Source: Pseudomonadales bacterium
GTDB taxonomy: Bacteria; Patescibacteriota; Microgenomatia; UBA1400; PJMF01
Length of the DNA: 64,000 nt
NCBI GenBank assembly: GCA_020632235.1
Contig: JACKFY010000003.1
Location: 94,139-158,138, forward strand
Direction: 5' to 3'
Both the position numbers and the translations under genes were made by a program. The notes under the pieces are model-generated. The model saw nothing but the letters and a program-made list of their open reading frames with translations, was not told the origin of the DNA and did not search any database. Shown here piece after piece: positions 27,399-37,238 of the stretch (position 1 is the stretch's first letter; each line of letters begins with the position of its first letter).

Positions 27399-28019
27399 TT
27401 ACCACTTTGAGATCATGGCCCGAGGAGTTTTGAGTAAAATACGAATGTCATCACCAATAGATTGGGTCTGGGCGTATTGGGCATCAAGTGCTGCCCGTTT
27501 GACAAACGGCACTTCATTTCTCCCACTGGTTTGCCAGGGACCAGTAATACCTGGTTTGACTGAAAAAATATACTTTACGTACTCGCGGGTTTTAGGGTAG
27601 CGTTTTGTTTGCTCTTGGAGCTCCTTTTTAACATACGCCCGAGGACCAACCATGCTCATCTCGCCTTTGAGTACATTGAGTAACTGAGGAAACTCATCGA
27701 TGGTGAGTGACCTGAGAGCCTTGCCTAGCTTGGTAATGCGTGGGTCATTTTCTATTTTCCAGTCATTTTGCTTGAATGTTTCGAGTAGTTGCGGGTCGTG
27801 TTCATGAAGGAGTGCGTCAGCATTTGGCACCATCGAGCGAAATTTATAGAGATAAAACTCCACCCCTTTTTGACCGACTCGTTTGTGTTTAAATAAAATA
27901 GGGAGTCCAGAATCAAGATAAATCAGGACGGGCACCAAAAGCCAAAACGGCACAAACACGATGCATAAAATAAGAGCAACAACAACATCAAGGACTCGCT
28001 TTTTTTGATCGTAGGTCAT
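27399..28019 (-). CDS. Polyprenyl-phosphate phosphoglycosyl transferase (small monotopic PglC/WbaP C-terminal type)
   Basis: Re-entrant N-terminal helix. 'KFRSM', 'DEFPQLLNVLKGEMSMVGPRA' are Bac_transf motifs. Confidence 0.8.
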   Translation of the reverse strand: MTYDQKKRVLDVVVALILCIVFVPFWLLVPVLIYLDSGLPILFKHKRVGQKGVEFYLYKFRSMVPNADALLHEHDPQLLETFKQNDWKIENDPRITKLGKALRSLTIDEFPQLLNVLKGEMSMVGPRAYVKKELQEQTKRYPKTREYVKYIFSVKPGITGPWQTSGRNEVPFVKRAALDAQYAQTQSIGDDIRILLKTPRAMISKW

Positions 28020-28030
28020 GATTGAGTACT

Positions 28031-29134
28031 TTAGAGGTAGTTTTTTTTGTCTTCTTCTTTGAGTCGTTCTACCAGTTTTTTTACATCTTGGCTACGCGAC
28101 TTGGGGGCAATCATTACGATCTCGTCGGTATCAACAATGATCATGTCTTCTATACCCACCACTGCCACCAGCCTATCGCTTGCGTGAATTAAGTTGTTTC
28201 TTGAGTTGACTGCGAGTACCTCGGTCTGCCCATTGTCTGCTGCCACCACGTTGCCGTAGAGATCTTTGGTGCCAAGGTCGTACACCACCTTCCACTCACC
28301 CACGTCATTCCAGCCAAAGTCACCCGGCATAAGCACTAAGTTGTCGGCTTTTTCTGAAATGGCGTAATCAATAGAGATGCTCTCTGCTACTTTGTAGATG
28401 GCAGGGAGTGCTTTGTGAAAAGAGGTGCCTGTTTTTTCTATAAGCGGCTTGGCTAGCGCCCACATCTCTGGCATGTGTTGCTCAAACGCATCAATGAGTG
28501 TGTGTGCTCCCCAGACATACATGTTGGCATTCCAAAAGTAACGCCCAGTAGAGATAAACGCGCGCGCGGTGGCTTCATTTGGTTTTTCGGTGAAATTTTC
28601 AACATGAAATACCGAGAGATGTCTGCCAATTTTCTCGATCTCGTCACCTACCTTGATGTAGCCAAAGGCAGTTGAGGGGTGGGTGGGGGTAATGCCTACG
28701 GTGACGAGCTCTGGTCGTTTTTCAGCCGCCTTGCAGGCTGCGTGCATGACGCGAATAAACTCTGCTTCGTCCTCCACGATGTGGTCTGAGGCCGCATTCA
28801 TGACCACAGCATCTTTATCTTTGCTGTACGCCAGTAGTGAGCCGGTAAGCATAGCGAGCGCCGTATCTTTTTTTTCTGGTTCGGCAATGATGTTTTCTGC
28901 CGGGACCTCGGGAAGTTGGGCCGCTACTTCTTCTTTGTAGCGTTGATTGGTGACAACAATAATGCGCTCTGGCGGCACAATCTTGGCGATACGATCTGCA
29001 GTCAACTGCATCATTGTTTTTTGTCCAACCAGCTTTAAAAACTGCTTGGGTGTTTTGGTGCGAGACTTTGGCCACAACCTGGTGCCACCGCCACCCGCTA
29101 AGATAACCGCAAAAACATGACCATGTGTTGACAT
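28031..29134 (-). CDS. manC: Mannose-1-phosphate guanylyltransferase
   Basis: 'FAVILAGGGGTRLWPKSRTKTPKQF' nucleotidyltransferase signature. 367 aa without a PMI domain. Confidence 0.8.
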   Translation of the reverse strand: MSTHGHVFAVILAGGGGTRLWPKSRTKTPKQFLKLVGQKTMMQLTADRIAKIVPPERIIVVTNQRYKEEVAAQLPEVPAENIIAEPEKKDTALAMLTGSLLAYSKDKDAVVMNAASDHIVEDEAEFIRVMHAACKAAEKRPELVTVGITPTHPSTAFGYIKVGDEIEKIGRHLSVFHVENFTEKPNEATARAFISTGRYFWNANMYVWGAHTLIDAFEQHMPEMWALAKPLIEKTGTSFHKALPAIYKVAESISIDYAISEKADNLVLMPGDFGWNDVGEWKVVYDLGTKDLYGNVVAADNGQTEVLAVNSRNNLIHASDRLVAVVGIEDMIIVDTDEIVMIAPKSRSQDVKKLVERLKEEDKKNYL

Positions 29135-29207
29135 TCTTCCCTTTCTACGTGTCTTACTACCTCAAGAGCAGAGATGCATTATGTTCACCATAGCATATCA
29201 CATGACA

Positions 29208-30395
29208 CTACTGTCCAGATTGCCATAGTTGGTATAATTTCTCAAGGTTTGAAATAAACTCCTCTTCAAAGTGTTTTTTTTGACAGGTTTTTGCGGCAGC
29301 TTGTAAGCGGTGAGTGCTCCATCTTCTTTGTAACCCTTTTTCAATAGCATCAGCAACACTAGAAGGCGTTGTTTCTTTGCAGTGTTGAGAGATGTCTTTG
29401 CCCAATACTTCACTACAACCGCTTTTTTGATGCAGCACGCTTGGTACTCCTAGTGAGGCAGCTTCTAGTGGTGTAATGCCAAAATCTTCAAGTCCTGGGT
29501 GAAGAAACAACTTGCTTCGGTTGAGCAACCACGTTTTTTCGTGCTCTGTGAGTATTCCTGTAAAGTAGGTAACGCCATCAGCTTGTGTATATCGGGCAAG
29601 AAATGACTCAAGTGACTGGTTTTTGTGTCGAATAGATACGCGATCAGCTAAGCGTTCTAGACGAGCTCTATCGGGGCCATCACCCGCCACAACGAGACCC
29701 AGCCCCAACTGTTTGCACGCTAAGATGCTACTATCAACTCGTTTGTACGAGACAAGTCGAGAGAGACTCGCGAGGTACTCTTTTTTGACCGTTTCTTTTG
29801 TCAGTAGGGTAACGGGAGGGTACACTACCCCATCAGACGTTCTTTTGTATATATGTTTGACCCGCTGTGCAACTAGGTTTGAAATGGCAAGGTAACTGTC
29901 TGGCCTACTGGCTGCGACTTGATCCCACTGGCTCAGATATCCAAGCGTTTTTTTTCCAAGATACGACAGTCCAGGCACTCGAAATGCGCCCGAGTGCTGT
30001 GTGTACTCGTCTGTGTGAGTGGTGAGAAATCTGGTGGGTGTGCAGATGTAACAGAGATGAAATTGATCTGCCCGGGTGATAGCGCCCTTGGCAAACGAGG
30101 CAGAGAGCGATATCACCACATCATGAGCCGAGAGATCAAGCGTTTCAAAAGCGATGGGTAGGAGTGGAGCTAGCGCACGGTGATGAGATCGCACATACGG
30201 TAGGTGTTGAAGAACTGATGTTTTGACCGTTGTGTGAGTCAGCCAGCTGACGTTGTTTGCATCATAGACTGAGGTGTAGAGCGTTGCGGTTGGAAAAAGC
30301 TTGAGAAGAGACGAGAGAACCTGCTCTGCCCCGCCAAACTCCGTGGTGAGGTGGTCGTAGATAATAGCTGGTGAGCGAGGAGTAGTTATTTTCAG
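29208..30395 (-). CDS. GT4 glycosyltransferase lacking a canonical start codon (possible CTG start or N-terminally disrupted)
   Basis: The ORF track starts at GTG 30194. My manual translation shows the same frame open a further 67 codons upstream with GT4 N-terminal sequence '...LKITTPRSPAIIYDHLTTEFGGAEQVLSSLLKLF...'. These codons contain no ATG, GTG or TTG. A CTG at 30395-30393 overlaps the upstream GT4 stop as CTGA. C-terminal 'HPGLEDFGITPLEAASLGVPSV' is a GT4 motif. Confidence 0.55.
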   Translation of the reverse strand: MKITTPRSPAIIYDHLTTEFGGAEQVLSSLLKLFPTATLYTSVYDANNVSWLTHTTVKTSVLQHLPYVRSHHRALAPLLPIAFETLDLSAHDVVISLSASFAKGAITRADQFHLCYICTPTRFLTTHTDEYTQHSGAFRVPGLSYLGKKTLGYLSQWDQVAASRPDSYLAISNLVAQRVKHIYKRTSDGVVYPPVTLLTKETVKKEYLASLSRLVSYKRVDSSILACKQLGLGLVVAGDGPDRARLERLADRVSIRHKNQSLESFLARYTQADGVTYFTGILTEHEKTWLLNRSKLFLHPGLEDFGITPLEAASLGVPSVLHQKSGCSEVLGKDISQHCKETTPSSVADAIEKGLQRRWSTHRLQAAAKTCQKKHFEEEFISNLEKLYQLWQSGQ

Positions 30396-31504
30396 GTAGT
30401 ATTTCCCAGTACGTCTTGATACACCTCAAGTGTTTGCTGGGCTGCTTTGTCCCATGAAAACTGTGTCTGCAAGCTGTTTTTTTGAGCATTTGTGAGCGTG
30501 GGTCGTTTTTTTTCTATGTTCTTGACTGCTTGCACAAACGATGCAGTGCTAAGAGGATCAAAGTACTGGGCGTACTCTTGGTAGATTTCACGAAAAATAG
30601 GAATATCAGAGGCAAGCACACAGCCACCAGCAACGAGCGCCTCAACACCAGTTAGCCCAAATCCTTCTGATGTAGAAGGTTGAATAAGCGCCAAATGAGA
30701 GTGATACAGCTCAAAGAGCTCAGCGTCAGGAACAAATCCGCGCACGTCGAGTTGTTTTTTAACGCCTAGTTGACCAGCGCGCGTGAGCACTGTGTCGAGA
30801 AACACCGACCGAGAGCCAACCAAAGTCAGGGTGTAGTCAGGTAGCTTTTGGAGAGCGCGCAGTACCAGCTCTATATTTTTATGCGGATAGAGCGAGCCAA
30901 CGTAGAGCAATTGTTTATTGGGTCTGTAGGCATCCAGCTGTTTTTGCTGGCTGGCGATCTCTGCACCCTCATAGATTGAGAGTAATTTTTCTTTTGTTTC
31001 TGGGTAGTAGCTACTCACCACCTCTGCAATCGTATTGGATGGGGTGATGATACTATCTGCCTTTTTACAGGCGATGGAGGTGACTACTCGGTACATCAAG
31101 TATTTTAGGTAATACTCGCCCGCACCCAGTGTGGTAACGGCGCTTCCCTTGTGCTGGTGCCACAATAGGTCGTGAATGGTGACCACTAGCTTACCCTGGT
31201 ACAACACCGGCACGTTGAAATGAGGTGTGTGAAAAAGAGCAAGTGGCTGACGCTGGACTCGCCACCAAAACGAGGTTTGCTCGCGCAGAGTGTAGTGACG
31301 CTCTGGTGAGAGAACTACCTTAACAGACTTTGGTAGTTTGTTTGGGAAAAACTCACGTACTTGATCTTGGGAGCGAAAAAAAAGCACCCAGGTGTACTCA
31401 GTGTGAGTAACAACCTGGGTGACTATATTTTGAATGTATCTCCCAATGCCAGCGTGCTGTTTACCTCCTAGCCTGCAATCTATTCCTATTACTGCCTGCG
31501 GCAT
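30392..31504 (-). CDS. GT4 glycosyltransferase
   Basis: 370 aa. C-terminal 'STSEGFGLTGVEALVAGGCVLASDIP' is the GT4 EX7E region. Confidence 0.8.
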   Translation of the reverse strand: MPQAVIGIDCRLGGKQHAGIGRYIQNIVTQVVTHTEYTWVLFFRSQDQVREFFPNKLPKSVKVVLSPERHYTLREQTSFWWRVQRQPLALFHTPHFNVPVLYQGKLVVTIHDLLWHQHKGSAVTTLGAGEYYLKYLMYRVVTSIACKKADSIITPSNTIAEVVSSYYPETKEKLLSIYEGAEIASQQKQLDAYRPNKQLLYVGSLYPHKNIELVLRALQKLPDYTLTLVGSRSVFLDTVLTRAGQLGVKKQLDVRGFVPDAELFELYHSHLALIQPSTSEGFGLTGVEALVAGGCVLASDIPIFREIYQEYAQYFDPLSTASFVQAVKNIEKKRPTLTNAQKNSLQTQFSWDKAAQQTLEVYQDVLGNTT

Positions 31505-31512
31505 ACGGCATA

Positions 31513-32001
31513 CTACTTGGTTTTTTTAGTCTTCTTTTTAGGCGATTTTTTAGTGCTTTTTTTTGCACTTGATTTCTTGGCCATTGCTTTGGCAAGCGGT
31601 TGTGTCTCTGATTGCTCGAGTGTTTCATTCACAATAGCTTCAAGTTCTTGCAGCTCTTGATCGGTCAGGTCGTCATCGCAGCCACAACTCCCGCCACAGC
31701 AACCAGACATGTCATCTAGCTCTTGCTGGAGGAGTTTGATTTTATTGGAGCGAGTGAAGTTGACAATCAAGCTGTAGAGCAAGTGACCAAAGCCGATCAG
31801 AAAAACAGCAAGAGTAAGGTACTCAAAGATTTTTGGCTCTTGGGTGAGTGTCAATCCCCCATCGTAGAGATACCTCAAAATGAGCTGTGGGAGAAAGGAG
31901 GCTGCAAACAGCGAGCCCACCATAACAGCCAGCGATTCTACGAGTTGTTTTTGCTGCTGGGCGCGTAAGTCTTGTATTGCACATTGTGTATTGGACATCA
32001 T
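31513..32001 (-). CDS. Hypothetical membrane protein with Cys-rich 'GCCGGSCGCDDD' motif and poly-Lys C-terminal tail
   Basis: Two predicted TM helices, then 'MSGCCGGSCGCDDD', an acidic helix, and a C-terminal 'KKSSAKKSTKKSPKKKTKKTK'. Confidence 0.4.
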   Translation of the reverse strand: MMSNTQCAIQDLRAQQQKQLVESLAVMVGSLFAASFLPQLILRYLYDGGLTLTQEPKIFEYLTLAVFLIGFGHLLYSLIVNFTRSNKIKLLQQELDDMSGCCGGSCGCDDDLTDQELQELEAIVNETLEQSETQPLAKAMAKKSSAKKSTKKSPKKKTKKTK

Positions 32002-32006
32002 ATTGG

Positions 32007-32876
32007 TTAGATCCCTTCTTTACTACGTACGAAGTACTGTATCATAGTTCTGATAAAAGAGGGATAGGAATCTTTGTAGTGTTTATCATAGTACTGCAGC
32101 ATGGTGTGATAGAAATGTTTTCTCGTAGTAGTGGCTAGTTTTTTTGAACTACTCTTGATGCCAGACTTATACTTGTGATGTACCACAACAACTTCAGGGT
32201 TGTATACTATTTCATATCCAGCCTCACGAATACGCGTACACCAATCAAGATCTTCGGCATACATAAAAAACTGCTCATCAAGTAGCCCCACTTTTTTAAT
32301 AGCTGACTGGCGCACCAACAGCGCTGCTCCCGAACAGGCATCTATAGCATGAATGCTGTGATAGTTTTTATAGGATTGATGATACTGTGCAAACAACCGT
32401 GAGTGAGGTAGTAGCTTGGAGGCTCCCATAAAGTATGTTAGCGACGCCCAGGGTGTGGGCTCGCCTCTGTGGCACGCCATATCGAGTTCTCCGGAAGAGT
32501 AGACAATCTTGGGTGTAATGACACCCACTTGTGGATGGGCATCCATGTAGGCAATGAGTGTGTCAATAGTGCTTTCTGGGGTGCACTCAATATCAGAGTT
32601 AAGCAGCATGCAGTAGCGAGTAGTACTGCGTTCTAATGCTCTGTTATTTGCATAGGCAAAGCCATAATTTTTCTCAAGATAGAGGGGAGTAACCCACGGA
32701 AACGACCGCTCAAGCATTTTTTTTGTATCATCACTACTGTTGTTGTCGACTACGGTAACAATAACCTTGTTTTTTGTTTTGGTGAGGTAGTGAGTGTGGA
32801 GGGTTGAGAGAGTTTTTTCGAGCCAAAACTGTGAGTTGTAGGTCACAATAATGATCTCAAGTGTTGGTTGTTTCAT
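32007..32876 (-). CDS. GT2 glycosyltransferase
   Basis: 'LEIIIVTYNSQFWLEKTL...VTVVDNNSSDDT' N-terminal GT-A signature with DxD. Confidence 0.8.
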   Translation of the reverse strand: MKQPTLEIIIVTYNSQFWLEKTLSTLHTHYLTKTKNKVIVTVVDNNSSDDTKKMLERSFPWVTPLYLEKNYGFAYANNRALERSTTRYCMLLNSDIECTPESTIDTLIAYMDAHPQVGVITPKIVYSSGELDMACHRGEPTPWASLTYFMGASKLLPHSRLFAQYHQSYKNYHSIHAIDACSGAALLVRQSAIKKVGLLDEQFFMYAEDLDWCTRIREAGYEIVYNPEVVVVHHKYKSGIKSSSKKLATTTRKHFYHTMLQYYDKHYKDSYPSFIRTMIQYFVRSKEGI

Positions 32877-34069
32877 GACTGATTTCCCATAGCATTGTAG
32901 AGCGCATCAAGTTTTTTGGAGATCTCTCCCCACTCAAAGTGCTGAGCCACATACAGTTTGCCAGTCGAGCTGAGCTTTTTTTGTAGTGAGCGATTTTGAA
33001 GCACTTTGACAGTTTGTTGTATCAGTTCTTCTGGTGATGAGCTCAACACAACGTGCGTGTCTGGGGTGACATCAATACCCTCAACAGCGGTTGGCGTAGC
33101 AACAATGGGTGTGCCAGCAGCCATCGCCTCCAGAATTTTGTATCGCGTTCCTTTACCACTCATAACAGGAGCAATTAGCACATTTGCTGTCGAAAATGCA
33201 TCACGAATATCATCAATCCTGCCTAACACCTTTACGTCTTTGAGTGCTTTGGCTTTTTCTATAATGTCTTGGGTTGGCTCATTTCCCACGATGTGTAGCT
33301 GTGCATTGGGTATCTGTGCTTTTACCCCGTTCCAAACAGCATCCAGTAGATAGTTGACCGCCTCAACGTTGGGCAACCACTTAAATGTGCCTACAAATAG
33401 CGCAGTTGGGGTTGGTGGTGGCTTCCAGGGTTTTTCTGCAAACCAAGCAGCATCGACACCATTCTCTACTACTTGAATGCCCTCTTTTTCTCCAAGAACC
33501 TGAGCAATGTACTCTTTATCTGCCTCGCTCATGGTTACGAGTACATCTGATTTTTTCCAAAAATGTTTTTCCCAGTGTTTAATTTTGGCTATATCAACCG
33601 CAAGAATGGGTTGTAGTAGGGGGTGGGCTCGCTCGGCATAGCTTTCGTACCCAAGGTACTCGATGGTTTGTTCAACAAGTAAAATAGGAGTGTCAGTCTG
33701 GGGAATGTGGGGCATCATGTAAAATGTCTCGGCGTGAATGAGGTCGTACTGGGTATAGGAAAGCTCTGCTTCAACAGCCTTAATTACCTCAGGTACATGA
33801 TTTCGAATGATCAAGAATGGATAACTAGAGACTGCAGTTTTGAGTACATTTTTAAGAGTAAATGGGCGTTGTGATCGCTTAAATACGCGAACTACCGAGC
33901 AAAATTCTTCAAGGTGGCTGATGTATTTTTTCTCGCTTTCATCTTTAATCAAAGCAAAAAGCGTAATGCTGTGGTGTTGGGAAAGCTTTTTGAGTAGGTT
34001 GTAGGTTCTAATTTGACCACCAGAAAGAAGCGGATACGGCAGGTAGGGGGTGAGCATCAAGATATTCAT
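32873..34069 (-). CDS. GT4 glycosyltransferase
   Basis: 'MNILMLTPYLPYPLLSGGQIRTYNL' N-terminus. GT-B C-terminal domain. Confidence 0.8.
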   Translation of the reverse strand: MNILMLTPYLPYPLLSGGQIRTYNLLKKLSQHHSITLFALIKDESEKKYISHLEEFCSVVRVFKRSQRPFTLKNVLKTAVSSYPFLIIRNHVPEVIKAVEAELSYTQYDLIHAETFYMMPHIPQTDTPILLVEQTIEYLGYESYAERAHPLLQPILAVDIAKIKHWEKHFWKKSDVLVTMSEADKEYIAQVLGEKEGIQVVENGVDAAWFAEKPWKPPPTPTALFVGTFKWLPNVEAVNYLLDAVWNGVKAQIPNAQLHIVGNEPTQDIIEKAKALKDVKVLGRIDDIRDAFSTANVLIAPVMSGKGTRYKILEAMAAGTPIVATPTAVEGIDVTPDTHVVLSSSPEELIQQTVKVLQNRSLQKKLSSTGKLYVAQHFEWGEISKKLDALYNAMGNQS

Positions 34070-35511
34070 TGTTTGGGTTTGGTTAAGTCGATAATGATGT
34101 ACTCCTGCGTTTTTTCGAGTACAAAGTAGCGCTCTTCTAGCTCGCGAGCCTCGTCATCATAGCTGGTAGAAACATAATGCGTCGCGCCTAGCTTTCTTTT
34201 TTGCTCTATTTCGTAGCCGATGGGCCAACCCACTCGCTTTGTCTGAAATAAAAATGACGTGTCGCCAAAGTTTGGCGCAATCACCTGAGCATTGGCTGGC
34301 ACAACTTGATCAACAACTGCCCCAGCCGTGTCATACTCCCAGTGGTTCACGTTAAAGTAACCTCTCACCTGCATGCCTGCCCCAACAAGCATTAAAAGAC
34401 TCAGGCTTATTGTTGCTGCTAGACTGAGTACATGTCTCGTTTGGGTAGAGATTTGATTGAAAGATGAAATAAATGAGTAGCATGCATAAATACCAAATGC
34501 TACGGTGATCGAGAGGATGGGTGTGAGGAGGACTTGATAGTAGTCATGCTGCACATTGCCGGTAGCAATAACAATGAGGTAGGCGAACATTCCTGCCCAC
34601 CAAGATCCATACACCAAGAGTTCTTTTTTATTTGCCACAAATGGTGCGAGCACTACAAACACTACCCCAACATATCCTAGCATTAGCTTGCTTATTCTTT
34701 CAAAAAATATCCAGCGAAACCAGGCTGGGCGCAGGCGAATACCATTGCCATTAAATAACCAGTCGCTGGCCGGAATACCTTCGGGAAACTGAGCAATCCA
34801 GCTGCGCCACCACCACAGTGGAAGAACTGCCAACAAAAATAACAGAGCAGGCCAGTAGGAGCGCCAATGCGTAGTGTGTTTGTGCACAAATAGCACCATG
34901 TAGACTGGAGCAAAAAACACAACAAACGGCTTGAGTAGCAGCGCTAGGGTAAATAGTACCGCTGAGTAAAAATAACCACTTGGCTTATTTTTCTCTACTG
35001 ACCAAACAAAACAGGCAAGTGAAGTGGTGATAGCAGCCAGCATGGCTGGTTCTGGTAATACGGTACGAGAGTAGTAGACGCTGTAGGGTAAAACCGCAAA
35101 CACCACTGCACTCAAGTACGCAATTTTTTTACCAGACAGCATCTTGACAACACCAAAGATGCTAACGAGAGTGACAAGCGAGCACAGCATCGAAAATAGG
35201 CGACTAGCAACCACGACATCAGACAGATGGAGGGTAGTTACGATAACCGCCAATACTCCATTGACAATAGGAAACTCTACCATACGGTAGCCTTCTGGAT
35301 TGTCTAAACCTGATGGGATGTTAGACAGATCGTGATAGGTAGGATGAAGTAGATCAATACCATGAAGGGTGTATTCTCTGGTGACCGAGGCGGTATCTGC
35401 CTGTCGCCAGCTATGCCAATCTAGAAGCGGATAAGAAACACGATATAAGCGCAGCATCAGCGCAAGCGCAATGATGCCGAGCAGCGGTGAGTATCTGAGA
35501 AGTATTTTCAT
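34066..35511 (-). CDS. Polytopic membrane protein, putative GT-C-type glycosyltransferase
   Basis: 481 aa with more than 10 TM helices and an N-terminal loop 'DWHSWRQADTASVTREY'. Family not resolved. Confidence 0.4.
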   Translation of the reverse strand: MKILLRYSPLLGIIALALMLRLYRVSYPLLDWHSWRQADTASVTREYTLHGIDLLHPTYHDLSNIPSGLDNPEGYRMVEFPIVNGVLAVIVTTLHLSDVVVASRLFSMLCSLVTLVSIFGVVKMLSGKKIAYLSAVVFAVLPYSVYYSRTVLPEPAMLAAITTSLACFVWSVEKNKPSGYFYSAVLFTLALLLKPFVVFFAPVYMVLFVHKHTTHWRSYWPALLFLLAVLPLWWWRSWIAQFPEGIPASDWLFNGNGIRLRPAWFRWIFFERISKLMLGYVGVVFVVLAPFVANKKELLVYGSWWAGMFAYLIVIATGNVQHDYYQVLLTPILSITVAFGIYACYSFISSFNQISTQTRHVLSLAATISLSLLMLVGAGMQVRGYFNVNHWEYDTAGAVVDQVVPANAQVIAPNFGDTSFLFQTKRVGWPIGYEIEQKRKLGATHYVSTSYDDEARELEERYFVLEKTQEYIIIDLTKPKQ

Positions 35512-37238
35512 TACTCTGTTTGCATGGGTTGCGGGGTATCAGATCTGCGCTCCTGCATCACTACTGCGAGCACAACTGCCGTCATTCCCCAAAAGGTGAA
35601 GGCTACTTTAGAGGCAGCAAAGACATCGATATAGCTGGCGTTAATGAGAAGCCCTAGTGCTGCAGCAAGATAGGCAACGCTTACACCCCGCACAAAGCGA
35701 TTGCTTGTCGTACGGTATGCATACAACGCCAACCACATAGCAATCACTGTCGCACCATAAAAGGTCAGAAATCCCAACAAACCGGTTTCTCCTAGAGTAC
35801 GAAGGAAGTTATTGTCGGTACTTTCTGCCTCGGTGAAGTGATAGGTAGTGTCTTTGGTAAGGGTGGCGTAGCCAGAACCAAGCAAGGGATTCGACTCAAA
35901 TCCCGCAATAGCTCGCGGCCACAGCGTGTCGTAGCGAATAGCAGCTGAGAGACCATACTTGAGCGCATTTTCAGAATAGGTCCGTTCTTTTTCAATTACA
36001 ACCGTTGTCTTTTTTCCATCAGCTGAAGTTGTACTGACGCGCACCTTGACAGGAATATCAACTTTCACGTCACTAGGACGCTCTTTGGTGGGTTGCGTGT
36101 CAGACTGGGTGAGTGCAGTGTCAAGCTCATCAGTCGAGAGGCTGTTTTCTGGCTTTTCAAACCACTCTTCTCTCGGGGGAACAACATCGTCGATGGCAGT
36201 CACCAGCGCGATACGTTGTGTCTCGATCACCATGTAGTTTTGGTAGGCTGTGGGGTACCCTTCAAGTGTTTGGAGAAGCCGCGTGTACATAGTCGTACCA
36301 AAGAAAGCAACTAAAACATACACGAGTACACCTAGCAACAAACTCTTTGTAAAAAAGTACCGCAGTTTTTGTTTGAGTGACGACTGTTTGAGGGCAAGTA
36401 AAAAAATCATCACCACTGCAGCCAGTAAAAAAGAAATAAATGACGAGCGTGAGGCAGCTACAATGAGCATCCATAACCCAAGTACAAATAATAACCAGAG
36501 CGTATACCGCTGCATCTTTTTTTTAGCCAGCAAAGCAAAAGAGAAAACAAAGGGTAAGAGAACCACCAAGTATCCTGCTAAATCATAGTGCCCACCAAAT
36601 GTTGACTGCACTCTGCCACCTTCAGTTAAATAGAGTCGCACGCCTTTACTAAACTCTCTATTCATGGTGGAGTAGACAGGCCAGTAGAGGTATTTTTGCC
36701 CAATGCCGTAGAGAATAACCCCGAGCAGTGTCACAAACACGACCTTGAGGAGCAACACGGCATCTTTTTTGGTTTTAATAGCACTAAAAATAATAAAAAA
36801 GAGAGAGAAGTACTCTATGTAGCGGAAAAAATGCAAAAATGTTTTACCCACATGCACGGGCTGAAACGGTACGGTGTGTGTAATGAAGATAGCCGAAAGG
36901 CTTGAAAAAAACCCAACCAGTACGTAAGCAGCTATAATGGTGGTAAGTGGTGTTTTAATCGTAATTTTTTTGCGCAATACCTGCACGCACCACACAACTG
37001 CGGTGAGTAAGATGGCGACATCCTCTAGCCGCACCCGAACGATATAGCCAGGAATCGCTTCAAACAGTGGCAGCTTTGGATAGAGCGGGATAAACACCAA
37101 TAAAAAACCACTCAACAGCAGCAGTATATGTGCATCAATCCAAGCTGCAAAACGCTGCATCTTTGTTGTAGGTGTAGCGACTTTTTTTGTAGCAGCTGAT
37201 TTTTTTTGTTTTTGTTTTGGCATGCCTAGAACTTCCAA
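35511..37238 (-). CDS. O-antigen ligase/polymerase (Wzy_C)-like polytopic membrane protein
   Basis: Multi-TM. 'LIVAASRSSFISFLLAAVV' resembles the Wzy_C core. Long C-terminal extracytoplasmic domain. Confidence 0.5.
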   Translation of the reverse strand: MEVLGMPKQKQKKSAATKKVATPTTKMQRFAAWIDAHILLLLSGFLLVFIPLYPKLPLFEAIPGYIVRVRLEDVAILLTAVVWCVQVLRKKITIKTPLTTIIAAYVLVGFFSSLSAIFITHTVPFQPVHVGKTFLHFFRYIEYFSLFFIIFSAIKTKKDAVLLLKVVFVTLLGVILYGIGQKYLYWPVYSTMNREFSKGVRLYLTEGGRVQSTFGGHYDLAGYLVVLLPFVFSFALLAKKKMQRYTLWLLFVLGLWMLIVAASRSSFISFLLAAVVMIFLLALKQSSLKQKLRYFFTKSLLLGVLVYVLVAFFGTTMYTRLLQTLEGYPTAYQNYMVIETQRIALVTAIDDVVPPREEWFEKPENSLSTDELDTALTQSDTQPTKERPSDVKVDIPVKVRVSTTSADGKKTTVVIEKERTYSENALKYGLSAAIRYDTLWPRAIAGFESNPLLGSGYATLTKDTTYHFTEAESTDNNFLRTLGETGLLGFLTFYGATVIAMWLALYAYRTTSNRFVRGVSVAYLAAALGLLINASYIDVFAASKVAFTFWGMTAVVLAVVMQERRSDTPQPMQTE

